DNA of 64,000 nt from Gracilinanus agilis (taxonomy: Eukaryota): contig NC_058130.1 of the NCBI RefSeq assembly GCF_016433145.1, positions 737,559,980-737,623,979 on the forward strand, read 5' to 3'. Positions 25,436 through 39,338 of this stretch are shown one piece after another. The number at the start of each line of letters is the position of its first letter. Positions within the stretch are counted from its first letter, which is position 1. The position numbers and the translations under genes were made by a program. Under the pieces are notes generated by a model. The model made no database searches, was not told the origin of the DNA, and was given only the letters and a program-made list of their open reading frames with translations.

Positions 25436-25642
25436 GGGCAGCTAGGTGGCTCAGTGGAGAAAGGCCTGGATATGGGAGATCCTGGGTTCAAATTTGGCCT
25501 GACACTTTCTAGCTGTGTGACCCTAAAAAGTCACTTAACCCCAAATGACTAGCCCTTACCACTCTTCTGCCTTAAAACAGATACTTACATCAGAAAGCTA
25601 CTTGTATCAGTTCTAAGGCAGAAGATAAGGGTTTTTTAAAAA
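25436..25642 (+). mobile_element. SINE1_Mdo-like SINE
   Basis: ggggcagctaggtggctcagtgg head; gaagataagggttttttaaaa tail. Confidence 0.85.
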
Positions 25643-26681
25643 GCCATTTGTATCTGGTTTTGAAAGCATCAGAAGTTAGTTCCTAAGCCCTGATTTAGGG
25701 TCCAGAAGTCTGGGTTCCATAGCCAGTTCTACCACTTATATACTAATAATGGCTTTCAAGCAAATCGCCTGACTTTGCTTTGAGTCTATCTTCTTCCTCA
25801 TGGGTAAAATAATCATCACCTCAGCTTTACCCATTTAACTGGAGTGTGGTGAGGATCTAATCAGAATGAGTATATGTATAGTGTTTTCCAAGCCTAAGAG
25901 AAATATTCTCTGGTGACAAGGAGGAAGATTTTCTTACATGTTCACCACTGATTCATTAAAATCCAGCAATGGGATGTGGTGAAAAGAACTCTAGAAACCT
26001 AGGCTCCAGTCCTCACTTCAAAATCAGAGAAACTCGGACAACTCTGTTCCTTTTGTCTGGATCTCAGTTTCTTCCATCTGTAAAAAAAAATCTCATTTCA
26101 AATGGATGGTCTCTTCTAGACTCCTAGCTCTGACATAATAACAGCCAACATTGATATCAAGCTTTAAGGTTTGCAAATTATTTTATAACTATTATCTCAT
26201 TTGATCTTCACAACAACCCTGGAGGTAGGTGCTATTATTTTCCTTATTATACAGTTGAGAAAACTGAGGCTGAGAGGTTGAATGACTTTCCTTAGATCAC
26301 ATGACTAGGAGCTTTTGAGGCCAGAATTCAACATAGGTTTTCCAAGTTTCACATTCTAATCACTGTAATGCTTAGCAGTCCTATTCTAAGATCCATACAT
26401 TTCAGAGATGATTGTTCCCAGAGAATAGTTAACAGGGTCAACTTTACCTTGAATTCAAGCAATTCAAACTAAAAAAATAAAAATACAAACATTGCTGAAG
26501 CTCAGTATATTTATCATGTATTAGGACATGTTTTTCACCCCACCACTAACCCAAGATAAAATATAATCTTCTCTGAATGATTCTCCATGATAGCTTTGCA
26601 GCTGAGCTGATGATACCTTCAAGTCAGTCACCTAAAAACACAATCTCTCAGCGTCTTTATGTCCATCTTTCCATGTCCATC

Positions 26682-26778
26682 TCACAAATATGGTTCATCC
26701 TTTGACAATTCCCACTTTTTCATGGAGGGTCCTGGTATTGCTGGCTTTTTCTCAGAAGCTGTCATAGCCAAGTTTGAG
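26682..26778 (-). CDS. NDUFA7: NDUFA7 exon 4
   Basis: tttctctag|C acceptor; reads SSNLAMTASEKKPAIPGPSMKKWELSKDEPYL*. Confidence 0.92.
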
Positions 26779-27209
26779 CTAGAGAAAGAAGATAGGTTTT
26801 TTTTAAATGCCTGATTTATAAGATTTTTTTAAAAGCCCAGAACACAAAAAGAGAGCATATTTGCATCATGAGACAAGCAGCTTTTGAGACTTCCAACTCT
26901 AGAACAGGAAGTACAATCATTAAATTCAATTTAAGTCAACATATTTTTACTACAATCCTCCTCTTTGATTAAAACTAATCAATGCTAAGAGAGATCTAAA
27001 ATCTAGAAGAGACGGAGTCCTTGTCCTCAGAGATCTTAGAAACTAGTAAGTAATCAGATAGCTATTATAGGATCAAGTTAGAGGTAAAAGGACTTTGAAA
27101 ACTATGAGGTGCTCTATGAAATTCAAGTTAGTATGATTACTCCAGAATCTCCAAATTAGAAAGGACCTCAGAGATCTTATAGGCCAACACCACTTCTGCT
27201 TGATGACTT

Positions 27210-27426
27210 TTTTTTTTAATCCTACCTTCATCTTAGAACTAATACTATGTATTGGTTCCAAGGCAGAAGAGTGGTAAGGGCTAGGCAATGGGGGGGGGGG
27301 GGGGGGGAGGTGTTAAGTGACTTGCCCAGGGTCACACAGCTAGGAAGTGTGTAAGGTCAGATTTGAACCTAGGACCTTCCATCTCTGGGCCTGGCTCTCC
27401 ATCCACTGAGCCACCCAGCTGCCCCC
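27210..27426 (-). mobile_element. SINE1_Mdo-like SINE with expanded G18 run
   Basis: Reverse SINE in NDUFA7 intron 3; TSD ctgcttga; G run at 27290-27307. Confidence 0.9.
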
Positions 27427-28121
27427 TGCTTGAAGGCCCTGTTTCCCAAAGCAGTTGATTCAATTTGGGGATGGCTTTAACAGTTCAGAAATTTTTCCTG
27501 GCATCAAGTTTGAATCTGTGTCTTGGCAGACTTCTACCCAATGTCCTTAGTTTTTCCTGTGGGGCCAAGCAGGAAGAGCTGCATGCTTTACAGCTTTTGA
27601 AATTGCTAAGCCCCACTAAGTCTTCTTTTCTCCAAGCTAAATATCACAGTTCCTTCAATTAATATTTTTATGGTATGACACTGGTAAACAATAGCATGAA
27701 CAAAAGTGAGGATGAAAAATCTGGCCTACTTGGAAGAAAACTAAGGTCTGAGAGCAGTTGGGGTTATACTATGAAAAGTCTTAAAATCAAGCAGAGGAAT
27801 TAGCAAATTCAAGTTCAAACACATTAAGTCTGAGGTTTGAGAAGGTAGTACAGCATATTGGCTAGAATCGCCTCCCCTCATTGCCTGGCCTCTGAGTAAA
27901 TCTAGGACACCTCAACCTTAATAAGCCTCAATAATGTCTCCATCAAGGAAATGAGGACAATAGCACCTCCTTCACAAAGTTGTGAGAATCAAATGAGGTC
28001 ATAGTCTATAAAGTGCTTGCAAATCTTAAAGCAATGTGTAAATATAAACCAAGTAGAGATGGACCTGGACCAGGTCAAGTAGTTCTAAATGAACCCTGAG
28101 TCTCCTTCAGAAAAGACTTAC

Positions 28122-28271
28122 CTCTTCTCAGGAAGACCAGACTCCAAAACTTTCACAGTAGACATTATGATTGAAGGAGGAGAGGATTCCCGACGTCCAT
28201 CTCGAGTATAATAGTAATTGTTTGAAAGCTTATGGCTAGGGCCCACTGGCAACTTAGGAGGTGGCTGAGTT
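28122..28271 (-). CDS. NDUFA7: NDUFA7 exon 3
   Basis: ttctttag|A...AG|gtaagt; reads [50 protein letters not shown]. Confidence 0.96.
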
Positions 28272-28491
28272 CTAAAGAAAATAAGACACTTAATTATTAT
28301 ATAATACTGTGTGTTAGCAATAGCTCTCATGTTTATCTGTCAAGGTCAATCCTATGCCTCTACACTTTAAATTTTAATAAGCATTTATTAAGCATCTACC
28401 ATATGCTAGGCACTATGGTAAGGCATCTAGTGTTATCTCATTTTACCTTCACAATCACCCTGATTGATAGGTACTGTATCCCCATGATACA

Positions 28492-29010
28492 GATGAAAAG
28501 ACTGAGTCAACCTCAAATGAGGAAATGGCTGAACAAATTTGTGGTATATGATGGTGATGGAAGACTATTGTGCTTTAAGGAATGATGAATTGCTTGATTT
28601 CTATATGAACTAGAAAGACCTCCATGAACTGATGCAGAATGAAATGAGCAGAACCAGGAGAACACTGTACACAGAAACTGAAATACTGTGGGGCAATCAA
28701 ATATAATCAACTTTGCTACTAGCAGCAATGCAATGATCCAGGACAATTCCAAGGGACTTATAAGAACACTATCCATATCAAGAGAAAGAACTGTGGGAAT
28801 AGAAACACAGAAGAAAAAGATATGATTTATCACTTGTTTATTTGGATACATGAATCGGAGTTTTGATTTTAAAAGATTACTTTATTACAAAAATGAATAA
28901 TATGGAAATAGCTATCAAGTGATAACACATGTATAACCCAGCAGAACTGCTTGTCAACCCCAAGAGGGAAGAGTGAGAAAACATGAATCACATAACCATG
29001 GGAAAAATAA
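28492..29010 (+). mobile_element. L1 3' fragment (end of ORF2 and 3'UTR)
   Basis: gaactgatgcagaatgaaatgagcagaaccaggagaaca and following L1 3'UTR. Confidence 0.85.
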
Positions 29011-29360
29011 TTTAAAATTAGTTAAAGGTTAAGTGAATTGCCCAGCAGCATACAATTGATAAGGCCAAATGAGAATTCAAGTCTTCCTGATTCTAAGACA
29101 GAAGGTATGGGTTTAAAAAAAAATGGGGATAATATCCCTGTCCTATCTTCTTCACAGAGCTGTCTGGATAAAATAAGACAAAAGCACACAGCAAATAGTA
29201 ATATGGAAAAAATACGGAATCATTATTTTCTCTTTATTCTTTGTTCTCCCTTCTTTCCTCCCACTTTTCTCTTGACTACTTTTCCTCTCCTGTCTGGTTC
29301 TTTGACCCCAAAGCCAGACAAACAAGATGGGAAATGAAAAAGAATGGTAAACCTGCTCAC

Positions 29361-29410
29361 CTTTTAGCTATCTCCTGATAACGCAGCTGCAGCTTAGCTT
29401 GGAGATTATG
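29361..29410 (-). CDS. NDUFA7: NDUFA7 exon 2
   Basis: ttcacag|CAT...AAAG|gtgagc; reads HNLQAKLQLRYQEIAK. Confidence 0.95.
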
Positions 29411-29611
29411 CTGTGAAAAAGAGAAAATGTTGAGAAAACAGTAGAGACTACAAGAGAGAGAAAAGAGCAGGGAACACATGGCATGGGTTGTGCCCTGGAG
29501 ATTTGGTCGAGAGTATATCACAGGGCAGAAAGAGATAATGGGAATGGAGGTACACATTGGAGAAAGAGATGAAGTATCTCAAGAAGCATCATAGATTAGA
29601 AAGTAGAAATT

Positions 29612-29780
29612 GAGGAGTAACTAGGTGGATAGAGAGCCAGGTCTAGAGATGGGAGGTCCTGGGTTCAAATATGACCTCAGACACTTCCTAGCTGTTTGAC
29701 CCTAGGCGTCACTTAAACCCAATTGTCTACCCCTTACTAATCTTCTGCCTTGGAATCAATACTTAGTATTGATTCTAAAA
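29612..29780 (+). mobile_element. SINE1_Mdo-like SINE
   Basis: gatagagagccaggtctagagatgggaggtcctgggttcaaat head. Confidence 0.8.
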
Positions 29781-29784
29781 TGAC

Positions 29785-29788
<4 letters not shown>

Positions 29789-29838
<50 letters not shown>
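29789..29838. repeat. (GA)25 microsatellite
   Basis: Perfect GA run at the SINE tail. Confidence 0.98.
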
Positions 29839-29841
<3 letters not shown>

Positions 29842-30608
29842 ATTGGGATGAGGTGGTACCCTAGAGAAAAAGAGAAGGGGTTACAGCTGAGAGAAAGGGC
29901 AAAAGCTCTACAGGAGCAGAGTCAGGACCTGTGGTAAAGCTGAGGGAAAAGGCTCAGGGAGGAATGAGCAGGGAGGATTCGGAGGGCAGAAACAATGGTT
30001 AAAGAGACCCAGGAGCCTAGAACAGGGATGGAGTCGCTGGAGAGGAGGAAAAGAGGGTGCCAGAAGAGAACTGGAGGACATTGTTTGAGGTAAGAACAGA
30101 ATCAAAGGTGAGGAGGGGCAGAGAGGGAGGAATATAAGATCGGAGATGGCAACAGTACCAAGGGACCAAAGGATAACAGAGGTACAGAATTAGGGGTGAG
30201 GAATGGGCAGAGGGGTCAGAGACAAAGAGCAAAGAGGCAAGGGTACAGGCCACGGGGTCAGAGGAAGGAGAGACAAGGAGTTAGGGATAGAAGTTGGGGT
30301 GCTGAAGAAGAGGACAGAAACAAAGATCCCAGGTTGCGGGAAATGGACTGGGAGAGGTGACAGAGGCAGTGACAGGAACAGAGGAACAGGGGAAGGGGTT
30401 AAAGGAGGGAGGGAGGGGCGAAGATTAGGGCTTGGGTCACTGGTGAAGATGGGATGGAGGGACAAGGAGAGGGCATTAGGACATGCAGGTCAAGGTAAGG
30501 CTCGAGATGGGGGGGCGACACAGGAGGGAAGGCGGGGATGTCGGTCAGTCAGTTCTCCGTCCCTCAAATCATCAGATTGTGCCCTAATCCCTACGGTCGT
30601 CGCCGCAC

Positions 30609-30659
30609 CCCGGAGGCCGAGTTCCGGAGCCACTGAATGAAGCCAGTAGCAGATGCCAT
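30609..30659 (-). CDS. NDUFA7: NDUFA7 exon 1 (complex I subunit B14.5a; 115 aa total)
   Basis: aagATGG start; reads MASATGFIQWLRNSASG|gtgcgg. Confidence 0.93.
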
Positions 30660-30846
30660 CTTGTTTCTGAGATGAAGGGCAGCAACTGCAGCCGCAAACG
30701 CTGTTGGGAAAGAAGGAAGGGGCGGGGACGCGAGAGCCGAAATCTCGCGAGCGTTAGAGGCGGGACTTGAGGAATCCCATAAAGGAGCGTCCGGGACCAC
30801 GTGACTCTCTCTCGTCCTTCTCTCTCTTACTGTTCGTGCCGCCATC
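30660..30846. promoter_or_regulatory. Bidirectional NDUFA7/RPS28 CpG promoter
   Basis: Divergent ATGs 187 nt apart. Contains TCTCGCGAGC (30743-30752), E-box CACGTG (30798-30803), GC boxes, cataaa, and YY1-like GCCATCTT over the NDUFA7 start. Confidence 0.85.
30805..30830 (+). promoter_or_regulatory. RPS28 5' terminal oligopyrimidine (TOP) tract / TCT initiator
   Basis: ctctctctcgtccttctctctcttac upstream of the ATG, as typical of ribosomal protein genes. Confidence 0.75.
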
Positions 30847-31358
<512 letters not shown>

Positions 31359-31574
31359 GACCAGCCGGTGAGTGCCTGCGGAACCGCCCCTAGGGCTGGG
31401 GAAGGGAGAACGGGTTTTATTATTCGAACCCGATTTCCTCCTCTTCTGAATGAGAAGAGGTGAAATGATTACTAGCCAGGATCATCCAACTAGCGAGGGA
31501 CTGAGCTGGAGTTGGAACCCCATTTCTTCCCAATCCTATCTATCATATCACACCTCCACTAAGGGGCCTTAGAG

Positions 31575-31667
31575 CTGTGAGATTCATATTGCAGAGAGGG
31601 GTTCTGGCTACAGCACAGAATTCCATAGGGCCCGCTTGAACCCTTCTCTGCAATATGAATCTCACAG
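31575..31667 (+). repeat. 30-bp inverted repeat with 33-nt loop (candidate hairpin RNA)
   Basis: ctgtgagattcatattgcagagaggggttc pairs with gaacccttctctgcaatatgaatctcacag: 29 Watson-Crick pairs plus 1 G-U. Confidence 0.9.
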
Positions 31668-32058
31668 AGCCCAGCCCCCTTCTTTGACAGTAAGGTACTG
31701 AGATTCTGAGAGGGAATCTTGTCTTAAGAATTGTCTTGAGGAACAGGACTGGTCGAGTCTGTTGGTTTTCACAACTGCCTTTGAATCTGCAGCCTCAGCT
31801 CTCACTTCCCTCAAACTGCAGTAAAGAAAACTGAATCCCATAGAAAAAGGAAGGCTGTAGGTTCATGCTAGGGGAGGACAAGACCAGATAACTTAAATGG
31901 TACCAAGGGGAGATGGTCATGGGGCTCACGAAACAGGCTGTTTTAGACCAGATTGCAGGAGGGCTTTACACAAGTAGAGAGACTAATGGTGGGTTGGGTA
32001 ACAGTGGTAAATACTGTGAACAAAAAGTCCTAGTACCTTACACTGACTTTATTTTCAG

Positions 32059-32140
32059 GTGGAGGTCCTAGGCTGCTGGTCCTGGTTTGGAAAGACTGCT
32101 TAAGGGATGTGTAAAATAAAGAGTTTTGTCTAAGCTACTG
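32059..32140 (+). other. RPS28: RPS28 non-coding terminal exon with AATAAA (32115-32120)
   Basis: ctttattttcag|G acceptor followed by a canonical polyA signal. Confidence 0.8.
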
Positions 32141-32353
32141 AGTAGTGTGACCTTCTAAAGGTGGGATGATCCAGGTAGACTTGGGTATTTTTCATTACCT
32201 GAGGTACTTGGTATCTTGAAAACACAGCAAGGAGAAGATGGAACTTTGGAAAGAGCCATTTGAGATGTAAGCTAGTATGGGGTCAAATACTCTTTATATA
32301 GCCTCTCCACTCCCATAAACAGAATTCAGAAAGCATAACCTGATTGTTGTATT

Positions 32354-32359
32354 TTTATT
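32354..32359 (-). terminator. Candidate KANK3 polyA signal AATAAA
   Basis: tttatt on the plus strand, about 690 nt past the KANK3 stop. Confidence 0.55.
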
Positions 32360-33044
32360 GGAAAGTGTCATTTCCCCAGATTGAATTGGGAATCTCTGAC
32401 CTCAGAACAGGACTGAAGCCAGGCTATTTAGGACCTTGGGCTGGGGTGAGGACCAAGACCACAGAGCCAACTTATTGTACTTTGCAAGATCAAAAGCAGG
32501 AGACCTTATATAGAGAAGGTACTTTTTTAAAAATGGAAGCCTGGCCTTGCAGCAAGTCACACAGGTACAAGTCACTGGACCCCAAACTGGTGTGCCATCT
32601 ATTATCCTTTTTCCTCTTGGTCTGAGTAGTGACTGAAGAGCTTTGATGGTATTGAACAGGAACTAAGAATGGCATGGTGGATAGATGGAGCCCTTTCGGG
32701 GTAATAACTAGCTGTTCACAGAATGAGAAGTGTTGGTAATAATTCTTCAGATTCTTCCTGTAGATCTGTTGGCCTGTTATAAGCTTTTAGCTACAGAAAG
32801 CAAAGTTATTGCTGGGCTGAGCTAATTAATTTCATCTTCTGATCAAATCCCTAGTTCTGAGAACCTTGGAGTTCAGTTGTAATTGCTTTCCCAGTTTCTA
32901 AAAGGCCCTAAAGGTACTTTATGGGACTCTCAAAAATTGGGAACTTGTATGGGTCCAGGCTATTCTCCATCAGATAGGTTAGTGAAAAAGGAACAGAACA
33001 TCAAGTTATGTTTAGCTGGGATGAGACAAGAGAGATATGACCAA

Positions 33045-33122
33045 TCACATAGGCCCAACATCCTTGTTTTCACACTTGTCATCTGTATTGCTGCTTTCAG
33101 AATCTGGAGAAGCTGGTGGTGT
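33045..33122 (-). CDS. KANK3: KANK3 terminal exon (predicted)
   Basis: ccctatcttccag|ACA, phase 0; reads TPPASPDSESSNTDDKCENKDVGPM*. Low-conservation tail. Confidence 0.6.
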   Translation of the reverse strand, partial: TPPASPDSESSNTDDKCENKDVGPM

Positions 33123-33854
33123 CTGGAAGATAGGGATATAGTTATGAGTTGAAAGAGATGGGGGAGTTCCAAAGCACTTAATAGTAACTCTGCCTAGTCT
33201 TGCCTCCACAGAGTGTTTTGTTTTGTTTTTTTTGCTCCTATCCTCATTCTAGATTTGATCTCTTAACTTCAATCTCCTCAGGCTGCTTCTCCTTTGCCTA
33301 CAACTATGCTTGTCTCTCTTTTTTTTACAATCAGACTTTCTCTACCCCTTACAGAAAAATTAACATATAAAATAAGTTATTTCTGCCCATTTTCAAGAGG
33401 CATTAAGTGCCTCTATATGATGCTAGAATAGATTTTCAGCTGAAGTAGCTTCCCCTCTATTTCCAGCTCTGACTTTCTTAAGTCTGTATTTTTGCAAGTG
33501 TATATTCAACACCATCTGGATGTCCAACTGTTCCCTCTACCAAATAACCCTCAAATAGTTAATAAACACCATGCAAGTGGCTAAGGCTAGAAAAGCTGGT
33601 TGGTTTTGACTTCCTATATTCACATTTCCCCAAATATAGCAAGTCACCAAGTCCTAGCATTTCTTTGAAATGCCTGACTTGGACACTTATCTCTGTTACC
33701 AAAACAATTTTAAAGCCTGTGTCACCTCTTTCCTAGACAATTAGAGCATTCTCTATTAGTTCACCTGACAAGTTTTCCCATTTCAGTATGCCCCCTACTT
33801 GCAGGCAAATAAAAGTTCCAAAGCACTTAATAGTCACTCTGCCTAGTCTTGCTA

Positions 33855-34019
<165 letters not shown>

Positions 34020-34085
34020 TCACTACAACCTAACCTGAGGGATGAGACCTATCCTGGCAGCTCTTGAGAGCACGGTCTAGACTCA

Positions 34086-34556
<471 letters not shown>

Positions 34557-34614
34557 TCAGGATATGTACTGTTAGGTTCAGATCAGGCCAAGATGAACTT
34601 GGGTATTGGGATTA

Positions 34615-34845
<231 letters not shown>

Positions 34846-35558
34846 TCAAATTTGTGCATCAGGCAAGCCAACTTTATTAATCTCAGTTAATCTCCTTTAA
34901 AATAAACACTGGCCTAGAAGTTAAGGATACATGAAGCTCTGCTGTTGCCTCATGAATCTCATTCTCCCTACCAATAAAATGGTGTGGTTGGAATACTCAA
35001 TAGTATCTCAAGAGGTTCAGATTTGTATAATTCAAACATCTTCTCTATGCCTCTTCCTCTTCACCAAGTTTCAGCCTAGTCTATTTGCCCTTGCTTCTAG
35101 TCCAAGGTGCACTGAAGGGCACCTGACCCTTTCTCCATTTATGAAAAACACTTATCAAGTCTTAGGCTAATCTCTTTCAAAGCATCAATCCTCTTTAGAA
35201 TATTCCTAACAGGGAATGCTATGGATGCAGATCAAAACATGCTGTCTTTCACATTAGTGTATTTGCAGTTTTATTTAGCGGTTTTGGTTTTGCATGAGTG
35301 TGGTCTTACAGCAGTGATCAATATGGAACTGTGTTTTGCATAATAAAAATAAACATTTTCAACAGAAGTAGTCATCCAGCCTGCGCTTGGTCCTCAGTGA
35401 ACACATGACCAGAAACTAGAGTGCTGTGGAGTGGAATCTGGTAAAGTGGGGTTGTGATTGTGAAAAGGCAGACAGAAGGGAAAGAAGATTGAAGGAGTAA
35501 GATTAGAGCTCTTCAAAGCAGTCATGAATTCAAGCTAAATTCTTTAATCTTCCTATAC

Positions 35559-35995
35559 CAATGGTGGCAAACCTATGGCATGTGTGCCAAAGATGGCATA
35601 CAGAGTACTCTGTAGGTACGTGCACTACCTCCCCCCCCCTCCTCCCAATCACAATCCCCCCCACAGAATTCATTACTAGAAAGGCAGAGGGACTTGGGCA
35701 GAACTGCTTCCTTCCCCCTCTCCACCAGGCCTGATGACATTTTTTCACATTACCCATCCATCTGCCCAGCAGCCCAATGGGAGCACTTCCTTCTGTGTCT
35801 GGGGTAAGGTAGGCAGCTCACAGAACTGTCAGGGAGCAGAACACTCAGGTCACTCCCCTCCCCATCTCTATACTTGCTGAGGACATTCTTCACTTCACCC
35901 ACCCCAAATGGGAGCACTTTCCCCTTCCTCCATGTCGGGTAAGGGTAGGGCAGGCACACCCAGCACTGGGGGGGGAGGGGGGAGGACACAGCACA
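35559..35995 (+). mobile_element. hAT element, same OC1-like family as 5746-5971, right TIR missing
   Basis: caatggtggcaaacctatggcatgtgtgccaaagatggc left end; shares cccagcagcccaatgggagcacttcc with the 5.8 kb copy. Confidence 0.75.
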
Positions 35996-36171
35996 TGCTC
36001 TCAAAAAGTCATATGCTCTAACCATGCCCACCTCTCCCCTTGTCAAAAATCTGTGCTCACAAAAAAGTGAATGATAAACAGGTTCTTATGAGTTATAATT
36101 GTTAATAAGGCATTGTTATTGTGAAGAGATGCAAAAAACATAAATTTATAATTTTAAGGGGTATTTTTTAT

Positions 36172-36412
36172 GGGTAGCTAGGGGGCATAGTGGAAGAAGG
36201 CCCAGAAGTCAAGATTTATCTTCTGAGTTTACATCTGACTTCATATACTAGCTGTATGACCCTGGGCAAATTACTTAACCTTGTTTGCCTCAGTTCCTCA
36301 TATGCATGTAAAATGAGCTGAAGAAGGAAATGGCAAACCACTCTAGTATATTTGCCAAGAAAACCTACAAATAGAGTCACAAAGAGCCTAGACACAATTG
36401 AAACAACTGAAC
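36172..36412 (+). mobile_element. MAR1-like SINE
   Basis: gaaggaaatggcaaaccactctagtatatttgccaagaaaac tail. Confidence 0.8.
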
Positions 36413-37309
36413 GTTATGGGATTAAAGAAGCAAGCAGCTTAGGTAGCATAGTAGATGAGTCAGAAAAACCTGAATTTGAATCCTGCCTCTGACAATTATT
36501 AGCTGTGTGACTGGGCAAGTAATTTAACTTTAGCCTGTTTCATCATCAGTGAAATAGGAATAATAACAGCATCTACTTCCAGAGGACTAATAAGAGGAAC
36601 AAACGAAAGTACTTGCAAACCTTGAATTGTAAATATTAACTAATATACCTTTTGGGAAGGGTGGAAGCTGCCTAAGTCACAATGCCTAGATTTTTCTAGA
36701 CAGATAAGGGAAGGAACTTTAGATCATCTAATTCAACTCCTTCATTTTAATGACAGGGAATTGAAATTCAAAATAGTGTTAGCAAGCAAAATGGGACCAT
36801 AATGAAGAAGAATAGTATAGACAGGGTGTGAGCCTGTGCAGGTAATGACCATATTGGCTTAGAGCATATCTAAGTTTGAAGCTTCTCTCAGTGGAGACCA
36901 AGATAGTGTTACCCTCCAAAATTTGGTAATTCTGTTGATTGTTCCATCATCCTCTATTACCTAGGTTTGGTACTTACTGAGCTCAGACTCTTCCTTCCAC
37001 CCAATATTCAATCAGTTTCTAGGTACTATTGATTCTACCTTCCAGGCAGGGAAGACAGGGGAAATAAGCCATAGAGAAGGGAAGAATCTGCCCCAAGTCA
37101 CCCAACCAGTAAAATGAAGAGGTTGTACTAGATGATGACTGAGGTCATCTGAGCTGCAGAAATAGTCAAGAGCTTGATGTGACTCTAGGTTAAACTTGGT
37201 AAGCTTAAGGCAGCTGGAGACACACTGGAGACAATGTGCAGTAAATGTGGTCAGAGGAACTGGGTTTTAATCCTGGATCAGCTATTTGGGATCAGAGTTT
37301 TAGAGCTGG

Positions 37310-38160
37310 AAAGTCTAAAGACATAGATAGCATGCTTATCAAATGTGCAAATGACACAAAGCTGAGAAGCTAATTCACACAATGGATGACAGTCAGGATC
37401 CAAAAGACTTCTGAGATTCTAAAACATTGGGCTAAATCTTAATAAGATGGAATTCATTAAGGATAAATGTGAAGTCTTAACCTTCTGTACAAAAAAAAAT
37501 CAACTTCACAAGGGCAAAAGGTGAGAGGTATGGATAGAGAGTGACTGTTTTTAAAAAGATTGGCATAGAGTACTACAGATACAGTATGAATCAGTAAGTG
37601 TGAAATGACAAACTAAAGTGTAAACACAGTCTTGGCCTGCATTGAGGGACCTGACTTCTTGTAATAGGCAGGTGGTAAGTCCTATTCTCCTGATCCTATC
37701 TCAGGCCTCATGTTCAAATCTGGGCACTTCAATCTAAGAACACTGGAAAACCAGAGTCTCGTGAGGATAATCAAGATGGTGAAAGGCCTTAAGTCCACAT
37801 CATAAGAGGTTCAGCTGTCAGAAGAAAAGAAGGTTCAAGGGGCCAGGATAGCTGCCTTCAAGTATCTGAAAAGCTATTGTGTACAAAAGGGATTAGATTT
37901 GTTCTGTTTGGCCCCAAAAGTCTAAACCAGGAACAATGGGTGGAAGTTACAAAGAAACAAATTTAGGTCTGATGTCAAGAAAAACTTCCTAAGGAACAGA
38001 ATTGCACAAAGAGGGGATGAGTCGCCTTTAGAGGTCTTGGTCTTTTGACTTTCTTTGGAAGCCCTTAAAAGGAGACTAAATAACCTCTTCTATAGGTTAC
38101 AGTAGGGAATTCCTTTTGATTAAAGGTTGCATTAAATGCCTACTGAGGCCCTCTCCAACT
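37310..38160 (+). mobile_element. CR1/L3 LINE fragment
   Basis: caaatgtgcaaatgacacaaagctg, gggctaaatcttaataagatgg, gccttcaagtatctgaa motifs. Confidence 0.7.
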
Positions 38161-39029
38161 CAAATTTTTCTATTCTATCTGGCTCTGGCTCACTATACAA
38201 CATGGCCAAGTGTTTCTCCCCCTTTTTCCAGTTTTCCCATCTATAAAATATTAAATTAGGGGTTGGACCAGATGACCTCTGAGGACTCTCCTAGCTCTGA
38301 AGTTCTACAACTGTGGAAAGAACATAACATTATATAGTAGAATTAGCACTGGGAATGCATCTCACAAACCTGGTTTGTAAATCTAACTCTGACACTTAAC
38401 TCTCTGGATCTTATTTTCTTCCATCTGTGTACATTGGGGAGGTTGGGAATTGGTCTAGGCAACCTGGATGGCCCCTCCCATCTCTAGACTCTGGGGTATC
38501 CATTTCATACCTGAAATCCTCAAGGACATGAACTTTAAATGGCAAGAAGCCTCTTCCACATCATAAATGATGGGCTACTCAAAGGGGACTGACTCAGACA
38601 TTTCCTAGCTGTGTGACCCTGGGCAAGTAAGTTACTTCACCCCTATTGCCTAGTCCTTACCACTCTTCAGCCCTGGAGCCAATACCCAGTATTGATTCTA
38701 AGACAGAAGGCAAAGGTTTAAAATAAAAGTGGGAAGGGGAAGGAATGACTGGTCGATAGAATGAAGCTCCCGTAAAATGAGCTGTGACAGTTGTGGTTAA
38801 TCCCATCTCTCAGCCCCACTGACCAGATCTATCTATCTCCCACTTCTATCTCTGGCCCTCATTCTAATGTCTCTAGTCCTGAACCCTGTGCATCTTCCTC
38901 AGATCTGAATGACTCCTTTTCCCACAGGAACCAAGATGGCCAGGGTCTAAGTTCATATTCAGTGGGAATAACTTATGACTTCCAGCTAGAGCTGGACTTC
39001 CAGGGCCAATCGACCAGCTCTTTCACCTA

Positions 39030-39338
<309 letters not shown>

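Noticed and set aside
30190-30640. Long ORFs on both strands in NDUFA7 intron 1
   Set aside because: Caused by strong purine/pyrimidine skew; low-complexity translations.
31368-32058. Intronic snoRNA in RPS28
   Set aside because: No convincing C/D box pair with terminal stem, nor a two-hairpin H/ACA layout; only the single long hairpin is supported.
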